A model generated the notes under the pieces. The model worked only from the letters and a program-made list of their open reading frames with translations. It made no database searches and was not told the origin of the DNA. Positions 1-15,086 of a stretch of DNA of 64,000 nt are shown here, piece after piece (within the stretch, counting starts at the first letter, position 1; every line of letters begins with the position of its first letter). The stretch is from the human T2T-CHM13v2.0 reference genome, Homo sapiens. Position numbers and translations under genes: made by a program. The stretch lies in assembly GCF_009914755.1 (NCBI RefSeq), contig NC_060932.1; one strand, written 5' to 3'.

Positions 1-138
1 AACTACCTATCAGGTACTTTACTCACTACCTGGGAGACAAAATCATTTGTACATCAAATTCCGGCGACATGCAATTTCCCATGTAACAAATCTGCACATG
101 TACCCCCTGAAAAAGTTTGAAGACGAGAAAAAAAAAAG
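1..138 (+). mobile_element. LINE-1 3' end (older L1PA/L1PB type) with poly(A)
   Basis: Contains catgtaacaaatctgcacatgtaccccctga followed by an A tail. Confidence 0.8.
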
Positions 139-923
139 ATACCTTCAGAAAACTATCTGAAGCATGTGATACAATTATACATCATAAATGATGTAAAAGT
201 TGAGGCATTGATTTATACTCCAAGGTGTTATTTTTTTTCTCCAGTTTTTTTATATAAATAGAAAATAGGACATTTATTTAAAACAACTGCACAGTCACTG
301 ATATTCGTAAGAGAGATTATCAGCAGAAATAATCATGGGAATCAATTTAGAAGCCAAATAATCTAGATGGAGATTTGTGTTGGATTTTCTATAATCAACT
401 GTTATCAACTATATACTACTCAGTAGGGTGAAAACAATTTTAATAATTTTGTTTTGAAAAAATTTAAATGCTATAATGAATTATGTGCATTTATAAAGCT
501 GACTCCGTATTTTAAAAACTTTGATAATGTGGAAAGGAGTGATTAGACATTTGGTCATTTCTAACTTATTTTAAAGGATGAAAAATCATAAAAATGTTTT
601 GCTATATTTTGTACTTTTGCAATACCTCTACAGGAATCATATTTTATGTGTGTATGTTTGTGATAAATCCTTTAACAAGTTATATTAAGTTTGCTTTTGA
701 TACTTAGTTGCCACCTAGAGTTTACAATAGTATCATCAACCAACATTGTCATCTATTTGCATTTAACTAATAATCATTTAAAATAATTGGAACTTAGTAG
801 AAAGTAATAAAAAATTAGTAAAAATCGAATTAGATTTTTCCATTGTTTATCTTCATGACTTAAAACTACAAAATAATTATGAGGCTTTCTCAGACTGTAA
901 TTTCTGTTTGTCTTCTTTTATAG

Positions 924-987
924 AGCTACATTCATGGGAGCAGCCAGGCTCAGTTTGTGGCAGAATCACACATTATTCTGGTACTGA
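924..987 (+). CDS. TUSC3: TUSC3 internal coding exon (exon 7 by recalled numbering), 64 nt, SYIHGSSQAQFVAESHIILVL(N)
   Basis: Pyrimidine-rich acceptor tttgtcttcttttatag ends at 923 and the donor is GTATCCTTT at 988. The peptide matches TUSC3/MAGT1-family sequence (YIHGSSQAQF motif). The frame continues into 13824. Confidence 0.97.
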
Positions 988-997
988 GTATCCTTTT
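988..997 (+). promoter_or_regulatory. U12-type (minor spliceosome) 5' splice site GTATCCTTTT
   Basis: Exact match to the U11-recognised consensus RTATCCTTT at the exon boundary required by the reading frame. Confidence 0.93.
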
Positions 998-2449
998 AAG
1001 ATACCGACGAATTGAAAAGGGCAAACTAAAGCTACATGTTTTTAAATTGACATTTTTCCTGGCAGTAAATATCAAGACTTTTAAGAGACATTAAATTTTA
1101 GGCTGTACTATATGACTAATTTTTATTTTTTATGCTAATTATTTCCTATTACGGTATAATTTGTTGCTATTCCGTATCATTAACAGATCATAATTTTTTT
1201 TTACTGAGTGTTGAATTTCAGAGTATTACTTTTACTCTACATTGATGATCTCTGGCTAGATTTTTTCAAGTGTATATGGCTTTTCCGTATAGCATCCTAA
1301 TGGCAAGAAAAAAGTGCCTTATGATATAAATAGCAGCTTAAAAAAGGTATTTTCGTACTGCTCCCCTTAAATATATGGTATGTCAGAAGAAGGAGATTTA
1401 GAGTGGTTCAACATGCCTTTTTGGAACATATCAGAGTGAGTCAGACTAAGTGTTGTGAATCAGATCATACAATGTAATTTATGATTTGGAGTTAGAAGGA
1501 TGAAGAATGTAACAGGATAAAAAATAGTAGCAGGGTAAGAAAAAGGTAAGGTTAAGCATCTAATGTGAATATTCTTAGAATGAAATAAAATTAGTTTGGA
1601 CACTGTTTTGGGGGAACATTGATTCTCATTATGAGAATGTAACGTGTGCCTCTAGTATCCTTTATAAAATTTGATTACTAATATCCTGGTTACTAAGATT
1701 CATATTCAAATGTGTAGTCTAGACCAAATTGTCCAGTACTGTATATAACCAAAGGTGTAAATCTTTAACTATCTTTGAATTCATCTAGGCCAAACCTCAT
1801 TTTATATGTAGGAAAACTAGAGCCCACAAAGGGCTTATGTTAGGGAAGCCCACTTGAGCTAGAATTAGAATTCAGTTGTCTTTTTCATGGTCTATCCTGT
1901 GTTCAAGTACTTCAGTTTTATGTACAATACTTTATTATGGTGTGTGACATATCATTTCACCAATGAATGTTAGTCATGCCTATTATTTTTAATCTGGAGG
2001 AAAAATACTATCTTTTTAACAACATTGAAGTTTTTGGATTTTATTACTTTGTTGTGTCATAACAATGCATTTTTAAAAATCTACTGGCAAAGACTTATTT
2101 GACCCCTTCAGTTTATTCAAGCAACCTATTTTATTTGCTTACTGTGTTTTAGGCACTGCATCAAGTGGTGGTATATAGTGATTACGGTATGGTGGGGAAA
2201 AGGGATGGAAAATGTTTGAAGCACTTGGAATTCTCAAGAAACTCAAAGACTTCCTCGTTTGTAAAATCAGGATTAGCAATACTGACCACACGGGATTTCT
2301 GTGTGAAGAAATGAGATAGCACACATTAAGCATCCAATAATCACAAAAGGCTAGTTGGTGTATTCCTCTGTTTTCCCTTCTTTCTTACTCTGAACTTTGG
2401 TGGCCACAGATAATAAGCATAAATACGTATATATGGGTTGATTCCTTAG

Positions 2450-2791
2450 TGATATGGTTTGGCTCTGTGTCCCCACCTAAATCTCACCTTGAATTGTAAT
2501 AATCCCCACTTGTCATGGGAGGGATCCAGTGGGAGGTAATTGAATTTTGGGGGTGGGTTTTTCCCATGATGTTCTCATGATAATGAGTAAGTCTCATGAG
2601 ATCTGATGGTATTATAAAGGGGCATTCCCCTGCACATGCTGTCTCTTTCCTGCTTCCATCTAAGATGTGCCTTTCACCATGATTGTGAGGCTTCCACAGC
2701 CATATGGAACTGTGAGTCCGTTAAACCTTTGTTTCTTTATAAATTACCCAAGCTCATGTATATCTTTATTAGCAGCGTGAGAACAAATACA
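2450..2791 (+). mobile_element. THE1-type MaLR solo LTR
   Basis: Starts TGATATGGTTTGGCTCTGTGTCCCCAC and ends AATACA. 5-bp TSD cttag/cctag. Confidence 0.9.
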
Positions 2792-4029
2792 CCTAGCTTT
2801 TGACAAAGGTGTAGATGACCAGGAAAAAAAAAATCATCTTCTAATAAAATTTATCAAAATTCTAAAACTTGAAATGTAAACATTGAAATGACTTAATTTT
2901 TCTAGAGCAACATTTTTGAACCCGTTAAATTGTATAACTTATAAGGTAATACAAAGGCATTGTTTTTCAAGCTTTAATGAAAACGAAGGAATGAAGTTGA
3001 GAAGAACAAGATTACAAATCGCGTTTATATTGCAGGAGAACGAAAAGATACCTTTCTGAAACTCATTGAACACCACTGACCATCTTCTTCCTGTGTCTGT
3101 CTCCATTCTCAACATTTTTATTTCTCCCACCCTTGATGATGCATGCTTGGATACATACGTGAAATTGGGCACATCTGCAGCCCATTTCTTGCTTACATTT
3201 ACTTACTTGCCTGTATGCTTTATGGTTTCAAAATTAAGAAACTACTGTGAGGAGTACTTGTTTGGCTCTAGTTTGTCTCATAGACTGGAATTGGAAATAC
3301 AAATTTTGTTGTATTTTTCAACAAATGCTCAGTTTCTGCACACCTGCTTTAATATGGTAAGAGATTAATGCTTTCTGCACATCAGAGGTGCCTTCGGTGA
3401 GAAAAGGAAGTCTTTGTGTATATGTTTATAGACATATCTACTCCTCTCTATTAAAAAATAAGGGCAAAGCTGTATTTACTCTCGACTTACTATTTAAAGA
3501 TATTCAGGAAGCAAAACATGTTAACATTAAAGCAAATGGATAGAAACATAAAGCATTTGTTGCAGGTAAGTTTTTAACTCATTTATTTAAATATTATAGC
3601 TTCTTTTTGTTTTTGTTTTTTTCCTAACTTGTTTCAATCCATGATGTAGCATCTTAGCAGTATACTTTATCTGGATAAAGTGATGACTATCGAAACACAT
3701 CAGGAATACCGAGCTGAAGGATGAAAAGCTGTGTTGAGATCATCCTTTTATTGTATGGCAGGAATTCTCCAAGGTTTAATTTCATGGATCATTGACATCA
3801 AGCTGAGATTTAGGATTCAAATAAATTTCACAAGCAGTGTGAATGTTTTCATATAGATCTTAGCAGTGATACATAAAAGAATTAAAAGTCTGTATTCTCT
3901 TTATGCTAATAGTCATTATTTGTTGCTTCATTTTTCCTGTGTTTTTTATTTTAGACATATCTATTACTAAGAAAGAGAAAAATTCTTTTAAAATGGTGGA
4001 CTCATTATCAGTGAAACTTTAAAAGAAGT

Positions 4030-4307
4030 CCAGGCACAGTGGTTCATGCCTGCAATCCCAGCACTTTCACAGGCTGATCATTTTAGTTGAGGAGTTTGAG
4101 ACCAGCCTGGGCAACAGTAGGGGGAATCCTGTCTCTACAAAAAATTACAAAATTAGCCAGATGTGATGGCATACACCTGTGGTTCTAGCTACTTGGGAGG
4201 CGGAGGCAGGAGGATCACTTGAGCCCGGGAGGTCAAGGCTGCAGTGAGCTGTGCTCACACACTACACTTGAATCTGGGCGATAGAGTGAGACCCCGTCTC
4301 CAAAAAA
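4030..4307 (+). mobile_element. Alu (AluJ-like)
   Basis: Dimeric Alu with a J-type right arm (ggatcacttgagcccgggaggtcaaggctgcag). TSD aaaagaagt. Confidence 0.92.
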
Positions 4308-5909
4308 GAAGTTATTTTTCAATAATTTCTGATTCTAGTTTCATTTGACAGTCTACTGCTACTTTTTGAACAATCCATATTTTCTTTGTAATTTGTGTAT
4401 TTTGTTTTCTTCTGGCAAAAAATTACAAATACCAGATGATTACTTTTCATTTATCTGTAGAGAGAACATTTCTATCTTTTGGATTTCTTGTCCCAATTTA
4501 GTAAGTCAGATTATCAGATGCAGTTGCTATATACAAAGTTTTGCTGAAAAAATCATAAGAGAAAACAGATGGAGCATTTTGTATCATAGGTTATAGATTT
4601 ATATTTACTAAGAATAAAAATATCTCCATATCAGTAGTGTTTTATTTTTTCAGTATCTTATTTAAGAAAACAATCCTAAGTAGTCTTTGAGAGAAAACTA
4701 TATGAAAAAATAAGAAACATTATATTTTAATATGGAATATAAACCATCTAAAAATAACTTACATAGGGCTTTATATTTTTGCAAGTAAAAATTCATTTTT
4801 ATTTCATTTATTTTTCCTTTTGTTAATGCTTTCACCATCTAATGCAAATGTGAATGAGATACTTGCTGTTTACAGAAAGGTAGGATGACAGAAAAATACT
4901 TATAATACAGTGAGACAAATGTATGCGAAGGCAAAGGAAGTAGCAAGAGAGGAACTAACTCCCTGTCTAGAGAATTGGCACTGACTTTTCAGCTGGATAT
5001 TGAAGTATAAAAAGTTTCAGAGACAGAGAAATGGGTAAGGAGGCTATATTGGTAGAAGATACAACAGGTACACAATCAAAATGACAGCAAATATTCTTTA
5101 TTGCAGGAAGATAAATTCATCAAGGCTGGAATACAAATTTTGAGGAGATTGGTGAAAGTTAGGTTAGGCTGGATAATGAAGACCTTGCTGAGAAATTTGA
5201 ATCTTAGCTACACGTAGTAGATGCAGTGCAATTAATATGCCAATTTTATATATTTGGCATTGGGTAACTTACGAATTCTTTTTGAAGTATTATGAGGTTG
5301 AGCCCCGCATGTCTTCTTGATAAATTTGGCTGTGGAAAGGGAAATAGTAGCGTCATGCCTGTTTAGGGAACAGAAAGCCAATGGAGGCTTGCTCCTGTAA
5401 TAATATTAAGGATAGGGTAGAGAAGGTAGAGCAAAGGAAGCAGGAGTCGCTGGCAGTCGTTCTGGCTGCTGGCAATGGTTCATCCTCCAGCATGAACCTA
5501 AGTAAGGGAATGGAGAGTGACTCAGCTGTTTTAGAGGAAGAAGAAACAAAATTGATAATAAATGTCACAAGTAAGGTTCAAGAACAGGAATCAGAGATGA
5601 TTCTGAAGTTCAGCTATGTGTTGTAGGATAGAAATATGGAGGAGAACAAGGTTTGGAGGGCAATGTTTAGCCCAAAAAAGTTCCTAAGATTGATTAGGCC
5701 TCATAATTGGTTGATGAGAAAGGGATTAATTTGTTTAAATTGCTTAAGATCATAAAGCCAATCAGTTGAAGAGTCAAGAACTTAAAACTTTTAACCCATT
5801 GTTTTTCTACTTAGTAATATTTTGCCAATAAATCAAAACCTCTGTGGTGAATAGGCCAGTAATGTTCTCACCAAATTATATATTGTGTTTATTTGTTGTA
5901 AATATCTGA

Positions 5910-6285
<376 letters not shown>

Positions 6286-8655
6286 GATATTTCTTTAGTT
6301 ATTCTATCGTATTTTTGTACAGAAGACAATATCCTCTAGCAGTATAAAAACAAATGTGTGTGGGGATATGTAAACATAAATACACACATACACGCAGGTG
6401 CATGTGCTTTGTGCTGAGATACAAGAGTCACAAAACCTGACAAGATGTCTGATGGTGTGGCATTTACAGTCTAAAGGAAGAGGAAGACACACAACAAATG
6501 ACAGTGCAAATAATTCTTCATTTACAATTATGTTCTTAAAAAGTTTTCAAATGTCCAAAATTCAGTAGACTCAGGCTTGAGGCACATGGATCTTAAGTGG
6601 AATATCATGAAGTGAAAATATGCAGTTTTTGAAACCATAATTGGAAGAATTAGTATGCATATGAAATATATAAAATTGTGTTTAAAACTCTTTATATAAT
6701 TTCCCAGAGTAGAGAATTTGAACTGTGGTATCAAATGATAAAATTAAGGTAGGGTATGTTTTTGATTATAGAATGTTCTTAAAATTCAAAACCTCATGTA
6801 TGATTTTAATGAGATAATCTTAAATCTGCTTTTCTTACTAAATACACTTATAAATATGGCACAATAAAACAGACATGTAATTACAAGTAGTGGTTTTCTA
6901 AAATAAAAAGGCACCTTCATTTCACATTTAGAGAAATGTTTGCAGATATGTATGATTTTACTGTCCTAACTAATCTGCCTTTTTTTCTATCAATCAGTAG
7001 TCAGTCCAGGAGGGGCAGAACTATGTCATTTAAAATTTTATTTAAAATTTCAACCAGATCAAATTAGTTTCCGTAGACAGTAATGTTCCCACTGAATTCA
7101 CCAAGATATGGTCTCTCTGTATGAGTGGATATAGAACACGTGAGTTCTAGGATAAGCTTTAGTGTCAACTATATAATCTCTGACCTAAGTTAGAAGATCT
7201 CAAGAAAATGACATGAAATAAATATTAGTTAGAAGTAAAATTATTTATATAAAAGTAAAGGTTATACTAGCAATTTAAAATTTTTATTCTTATAAAGATA
7301 ACATTGCATTTTCTGTGAGCAAAACATTTTTTCCATTTATTATGAAAGAATATGATTTTATTCGCATCTGTTTCTAGTCTATTATAGAGAGCAAACATTC
7401 CTTTTAATGTGTTATATCCAAGGAGAAACATACTATAGAAAAAAATTAATGATAGATGCAGTTGAAAATTTTAGATTTAGAATTCTTTAAGTAAGTCTTC
7501 TATAATGTGCTAACATTTTTTTCAACGTCTATTTACATTTATCTATCTTTAAATTGAAAACATCTTGATTCCATTCCTAGTAGCAACAGTAAACTTAGCA
7601 TATGCAATTGAGAAGGGATTATAATGTTTTGTAAATATATTCGTTACTAATTCTGTAGAATGCTCAGTGCCTCTGGGTATTGTATGTAATTTACACAAAT
7701 AGCAGCTTTTTTATGTGGGATCATGTCAGTATTTTGACTAAGCAGTAGGAAAATGATCAACAGGATCAGCAAAGAAACTGGAGTGTGCACAGTAGTTTAA
7801 ATATATATTGCCATGATATTAATCAATAAAAATGTGCAAAGTAATACAAAAACTAGGCCAAAGTATGTGTGTATAGGATAAAGGGTAGAGGTCCATCTGT
7901 TATTTTCTTTTAATGCTGGGATATTCCAATAAGGCAAAGCTAGACGGCTACACCCATCAATTTAATGACCAAAAAAGAACGTAACATTCTTTTTGGTCAG
8001 ACGTAGAATCTTTTCAGATTTGGAGGGTCTTTCATTAATCATTCAGCCTTCCACTCAGTGAAAGAAATGCCACGTAAGAACAGTGAGAGATGATCATCTA
8101 GCTTCTTCCTGCATATAAAAATTAAGATTTTTATGTTACAAATGTAATTTTCCCCAAATGGTAAGTATTATTCAGTCTCTTTTTCAGCCAAAAATGTTTC
8201 AGTTAATACAATGAAATTTAAGCTAAACGATTCTCAACTCAACTCCTAAAGGCCTTGAGTTAAAAAATGTATCTTTAAATAATAGGGAGGGTTAGCGAGC
8301 TTAAAGCCATTTTAGTATAATTCATATGTCTTAATTACACCCATCAGGTTTTTAAACGGCTCACTGCTCTTTTCTTGTTAAAGCTTAGAAAACTCACTTT
8401 TGCAAGAAACATTCTGAGAAAGAGATCATACTTACTTACTGACCCCGCTGATTTCTAACAAAACATTTTATCTTGAGGTTGTATATAACCTATGTCTAGT
8501 AATCCCTTTGCTTTAAAATTCCCACTTTAAGATTGTGTGCACAAATGTTTACTAAATTCTTGCATTTTAAAAAATTGTCAAGTAAGAATAAAGCTAAATT
8601 CCAGTGAGACATAATGGTATACAGTTTTTTTGACATCACCTTAAAATCTTTACAG

Positions 8656-8873
8656 CAGGGTTTGGCAAACTAGGACCAGTTCAGGCCCAATCCAACCTGC
8701 CTGCTATTTTTGTAAATAAAGTTTTATTGGAACACAGAAACACCCATTCATTTACGTATTGCCTGTGACTACTTTTGCACTACAACAAGTTGAGTAATAG
8801 CAACAGACTCCATATGACTTGCATAGCTGGAAAATATGTGTGACTCTTTCCTGAAAAAGTATGGCAATTTCTG
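8656..8873 (+). mobile_element. MER58A-like hAT-Charlie DNA transposon remnant
   Basis: CAGGGTTTGGCAAACT start, core tttttgtaaataaagttttattggaacacag, and a degenerate 8-bp TSD ctttacag/ctctatag. Confidence 0.82.
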
Positions 8874-8990
8874 CTCTATAGGCTGTGGTCAATAAAGAAC
8901 ACAAAAATCCACACTTTTATTAACTCACCCGTGAACAGTTACTGTTTTTATCTTTCATTCCCTGCAATCATTTCTTTGCATTTGTTTTAA

Positions 8991-9389
<399 letters not shown>

Positions 9390-10124
9390 TCTTGCTTTGT
9401 TATTAAGAATTTTTGTCAATTTCATTTTATATGGCTAGTTAACCTGTCACAAAAATATCTCATATGTTATAGTTGGACATTTACATTTTAATTTTTCACT
9501 ATATAAATTATTCTAAAATAGATTTTTGTATGTATATTAAGTTTTTTCAGTATTTTATGTTTTGCCTTATTTATTTGGGAATAGCTTTATAGGAGTGTAG
9601 TTCATGAGCATACTTCTGGCACATATAATTAATGATAATTGATGATTTGCTGAGGTTTTTGACATGCTGAAATCTTAAAATTTTCATGTTGACTTGGGGT
9701 TTCTGTTCCATTTCTGCCCTGTTAATAGGGAGTCTGCATATTTTTTTAACTCATATAATTTGAAAAATGCTATATTGTTACTGCATTTGCTCCCAACAAA
9801 AATAGTAAATTATAAAAATGATTTAAAGCAGCGTGAAACATAAGTGATATAAAGGTAAATTCATAGACATCTTTAAAATGGCAATTTTGTGAGTTATTGC
9901 AAACTTATTTGTAAAATCTGGAATATGTTTATGGAGTAGTAAAATGTATTTGAATGCTCTGTGCTTTATGAAGAAGATTTTTATTCTTAGCCTAAAGATA
10001 TTTCATGCTGAAACTGGGCTAGCAATTATGTTCTTTGCCCAATGCTTGTTATCATTTTCATCTAATCCTGATATCATCTTACTTCATTACTTTTGTGCTT
10101 TTTTGCTTTGCATCTTTCACTCTT

Positions 10125-10210
10125 TAGTTTTGTGACTTTGAGCAAGTTGTTTAAACTTCTCTGGGCTTCAGTTTCCTTGTTTGTAAACAGATGGTAATGT
10201 CTACATCAGA
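10125..10210 (+). mobile_element. MIR core fragment
   Basis: gtgactttgagcaagttgtttaaacttctctgggcttcagtttcct matches the MIR core. Confidence 0.7.
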
Positions 10211-10214
10211 GAGT

Positions 10215-11180
10215 TATTGGTACTGGGTAAGATAGTGAATAAAACAAAGTTCTTGCCCTTTTGGAGCTAAAATTGTAGTGCTGGAACAAAGACAATAAGT
10301 ACATTGTAAAACGTATACAATCTGAAATTTCTTTCAAAAACAATTTTATAATAAAAAAAAATCAGAGTAAAGGTGAGAGGAGGCTTCTCTGACAAGATTG
10401 AATTTGAACAGAGACCCAGTGGAAGTGAGGGAGTAAATTACATGGCCATCCCAGGGAAAAGTACCTCAGGCAGTGGGAATAACAAGTTCAAAGATCTCCT
10501 TATTACCTGACTTGCTTTGAAGGTATTAGGAGAAAAGGCTAGAAACCTAGAAGGAGGATTTAATTTCTAAAGCAGGAAACAACCACCAAAACTCATAAAG
10601 GAAAAGATGCATAAATTTGGCCACATTAAAATTAAAGTTTTCTACATGACATAATAATTTAAAATACAAATATAAAGGAGAATCTGAATGCAATACTTCA
10701 GTCAATTCGTATCTGGAAAAAAAAATGTTGTCCTCCAAGTTAAGAAAAAGCAACTGTGCTTTTGGAAAAACGGGAGGAAAAAAAAAAAACAAGCAGTGTG
10801 CCAAAGATTAAACCCAAAAAAGAGGAATGAACATATCAAAAGATGCTCAGAACCAAGTGGTGAGCTATTCGTACAACTCTTTTCCTTATCAGTTTGATAA
10901 AATCAATAATTGGGTAGTATTGTGTTAGTGAAATGTAAGAAAACTTGAACTAACATTGCTCATTTTAGAGAGCAGTATGATTGTACGTAGCGAATTTGAA
11001 AATACACTTACCAAACCTCTCAAAAATTCCACTTATGGTTATAGACCGTGGAGAAAATATTGCACATGTACACTAGGAGACCTGTGAAAATATATTCTTT
11101 GCAGGAATGTTTATAGTAGCAAGCATTTGGAAACAAATGCCATCAGTAAGATAAAGCAATAAAATATGGTATACTCTTAC
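10215..11180. mobile_element. Degraded L2 (antisense) followed by an old L1M fragment (sense)
   Basis: L2-like gtgaataaaacaaagttcttgcccttttggagct and L1M-like gaatgtttatagtagcaagcatttggaaacaaatgccatcag. Boundaries are approximate. Confidence 0.55.
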
Positions 11181-11687
11181 GAAAATGTACGTAATTTTCT
11201 GTTACCACATTGTTTGAATTTAAGCAATTCAAATGAGAAACATGTTACTCATAGTTTTCAACATTGTAACAATACAGAGGGAGAGTAGTAAAAATGATAT
11301 GAAGATACATTTATAGGGATATGTTATACTTGGGTGACCATAATTAATGCCCTGTAAAATATACTTTTCCCTGAGTTCATGGCTTTGTGTGTGTATAAAC
11401 CGATAACATATGTTTGTGTACATGTGCATTTATATGTGTATAAAATTTGACCCTAAGAACATACTAATATATTGCTTTACTCCCATTAAAACTGTCATAC
11501 ATTTTATTTTGTAGGCTTTATTTTCCCCAGTAATAGAAATACTGCCATTTCCCCCATGATTCATTAATCGAATTGAGGAAGCTGCTTATTAGATGAATCA
11601 TAAAATGAATGTATGTTTTACTTTTAATGTCTACATAAATTCATCTTAAATGCCATTTATGTTTTGAATATTTAAAAATGTCATAGT

Positions 11688-11974
<287 letters not shown>

Positions 11975-13777
11975 GTCATAGTAAAATAATCTGCAATTCT
12001 ATTTGAATTATTAGTTTAAATATGTGTATTTAAATGTGTAGATAAAAATTTATACATGCATATAAAAGATATTGCAGAAAAAATGATTAAAGGGGAAACT
12101 TAGTAACTCCTTGTTAAGGATCCATATCAGTCACATCTATCTGCTCTAGAAAACTGAGTTTTAAGCAGTAGAAATCTCCTACATATGAACAGTTTTAGTG
12201 AAACAAGTTTTTAATTTTTATCATGTTGTTATTAACAATGTCCTATGTCTGTGGATTCGGGGTAATGTATACAAGTAGATGGTCCAAAACACTTTAAGAA
12301 TAATGGATTTAATTTAAAGTCTACAGACTACCATACTGATGATACAAAACAGTCATTCTCTTAGAATATTCTTTTCAGGCTACTGCCTACATGATTGAAA
12401 GGCAGGAATTTCATAGAAATTTCAGTGTTTTTCAAGCTGTGTAGCATGGATCTCTAAAAGTTTAGTGCTAGTCTATGGTATGTGTATGGTGGGAGGGTTG
12501 ATGTTGTGCAGGGGTGGCAGGGGCTTTTCTCTTGTATATGTTAGGCTCCCAAACATAGGTTTTTCTTTATTTTCCTTTTTTCTAGAAAGGGTTCCAAAGC
12601 TAAAACAAATACAATAGTTTGAAAAACCGTTTGTATAGAGAGGTCATGGAAGCATAAATGCCTTACTAGAGAAGTCAGGCATTTATCCTTATCCAGAAGT
12701 TGGATAATATGGTCATGAAGACAGATTCAAATATGAACATTATAATTTATTACTAATTAGAATTTCAATAATATGGTTATAAAAACAAGACTCAGAGAGG
12801 AAATGTTCTGTGCAGAATTTTCTCTGACCTCCTCCACTTGCTGGTATATTGCCCAATACTGTCCTTTGAGCTTTTGTTGATAGAGACATCCTGCACAGGA
12901 GATTCATTGATGCTGTTTATACACAAATAGCAGTAGAAAGAAACACAAGGGAATCATAATGAAATTAAGCAAATTGAGGAGGTTCTGGGCTAGAATTGCT
13001 TCATTTTTCTCTTCAATTTTTAGTCCATTAATCGCTTGGGCGAAATACATATTTTCAGAATTGATGAGTTCTAAAATCTTAAGAGTCGACAATGTGAAAA
13101 ATGTTGTAATGACATGGCAAAGAATGTTTTTATGAAGATGAAAATTTCCCATTTTCTTAATTCTGGCATTATTCAACATAGCATGAATATATCCATCCTG
13201 TTGCAAGCAGGTGTTAAAAACAAGTAATTTTGTGATCTCATTCTTAAGGTATCAGTTAGCTGACTAGCTCAGGGTCCTGCTAGATTCATTAAATTGTTTT
13301 ATTATAATATGCTTGTCTGCTTTTGTAAGATTGTTAATTTTATAACCCCAGATTTTCAAGTGACATGATACCGGACCTTCATAAAGATTTCAACTAAACA
13401 AAATCTATGAAAAAATGCTTTTAGAAGAAAAAGCTGTGTACACACACGTTATGAAAATGAAATGTGTCAATGACATGTGTCATGTCTATAAGCAGTGCAT
13501 ATCTTTATGTATAATGTGAAATGTGGTAACTGGTTTTGAGAGTCCATATAGTTTATATGTGCTATGAAAATCCTGGAATTTAAGAACCTTTGGAATTAGC
13601 CTCTCAATATATCACAAATTGAAGTTTCAGGTTATAAATTTTTAAAGTTAAGGCATATTTGCTCACAAAGAATGGTAATTTTATGTTATATAAAGGTAAT
13701 TGATTGTATTTACCTCTGTGTGCATTTGTAGTTTAACCATTCTGGAACATTGTGTTCAGAGCCAGAAAAATTAATAG

Positions 13778-13951
<174 letters not shown>

Positions 13952-15086
13952 TAAGTCAAATGGGAAATACATAAAAGCCCTTTGTAAACAAACTTCTAAA
14001 GAAATGTTCTGGTTTGAAGAAGATTTTAACTTTTTTCTATTGCTGGGATGTGTTCATATACTTGAAAATATATTTCTTCCAAAGGGGACTGGGTCGTTTT
14101 CTGTTGATTTGCTTATAAAGTGGAGCTGTCCTTCACCCTTGTCAGGGTGCTCTAATCCATCCCTGCTGAAGCCATAGTCTTGGTTGTAATTCCACCCGGC
14201 ACAGAGAGATGGAAAATTTTGAGGGCAGAGTCTTCAGAGATTTTATTGGCATGTAACATATTCCCTCTGCTACAAGAATCAGGGGTGCGCTCAAAGCGTG
14301 ACTTAGATGAAGCTTCTGCATAGGTATTGTACAGTGAGATACTCTTATTACCTTTCTATTCGTTCCAAAGCTTCCTTTAACATTTTTTAAAAGGCATCTA
14401 TTGATACTATCTTTTCCAGGGTCTTTGCCTTTTCCATTGATATACCAAGATTTACAACTCCCTCAAGTTCTCCGGCATTATGTTTTTAAGCAAGTTAATT
14501 CTGTGGCTTTTCTTTGATGGGACCATTTCTCTCAGAGTTGTAGAAAAACATATATGAGGTTTTTGAGAAGTAAAGAGTTTTCTAGCAAAAAGAGAAGAAC
14601 ACACAGGGAAAATGTGCTCTGAGGAGCAAAGGACAGTCGATTGTTTCCTGCCACAGACCTTTTTATAGTTAATATCAAGTCCCTATATGATTTGATATGT
14701 CCACAGACCTGTTATTTTTTTCTTTCTTTGCATTTCTGAACTCTCTTTAAAACCCAAAATTTATGTATGAGCAGTATAGGTATCTGAAAAAGAGTATTTA
14801 TTAAGATATTTAAAATAAAAATCCAGACTTCATGGGTTTTTAGCTAGGGTGACATGTGTGTAAACAAATCATAGTGCTTTCTAAATACTTAAAAGTCTTA
14901 GGGGTAGAAATGTTTTTGATGTAATACACAGTTTAGACTGCCCTCTTTTCCTATGGTATCATCTATTGTATTAAAGAAACTACAAAAGAAAGGAGATTAC
15001 TTTATCATGTTGAATTTTATTTATTTATCTTTTGAATAAACACCATGTCCTTAGGATTGACAAATTATGCCTATGAGGACATACTA

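Noticed and set aside
5381-5626. 81-aa ORF with plausible-looking composition
   Set aside because: It lies in degraded, purine-rich L2-like intronic sequence, with no splice context or homology I can recognise.
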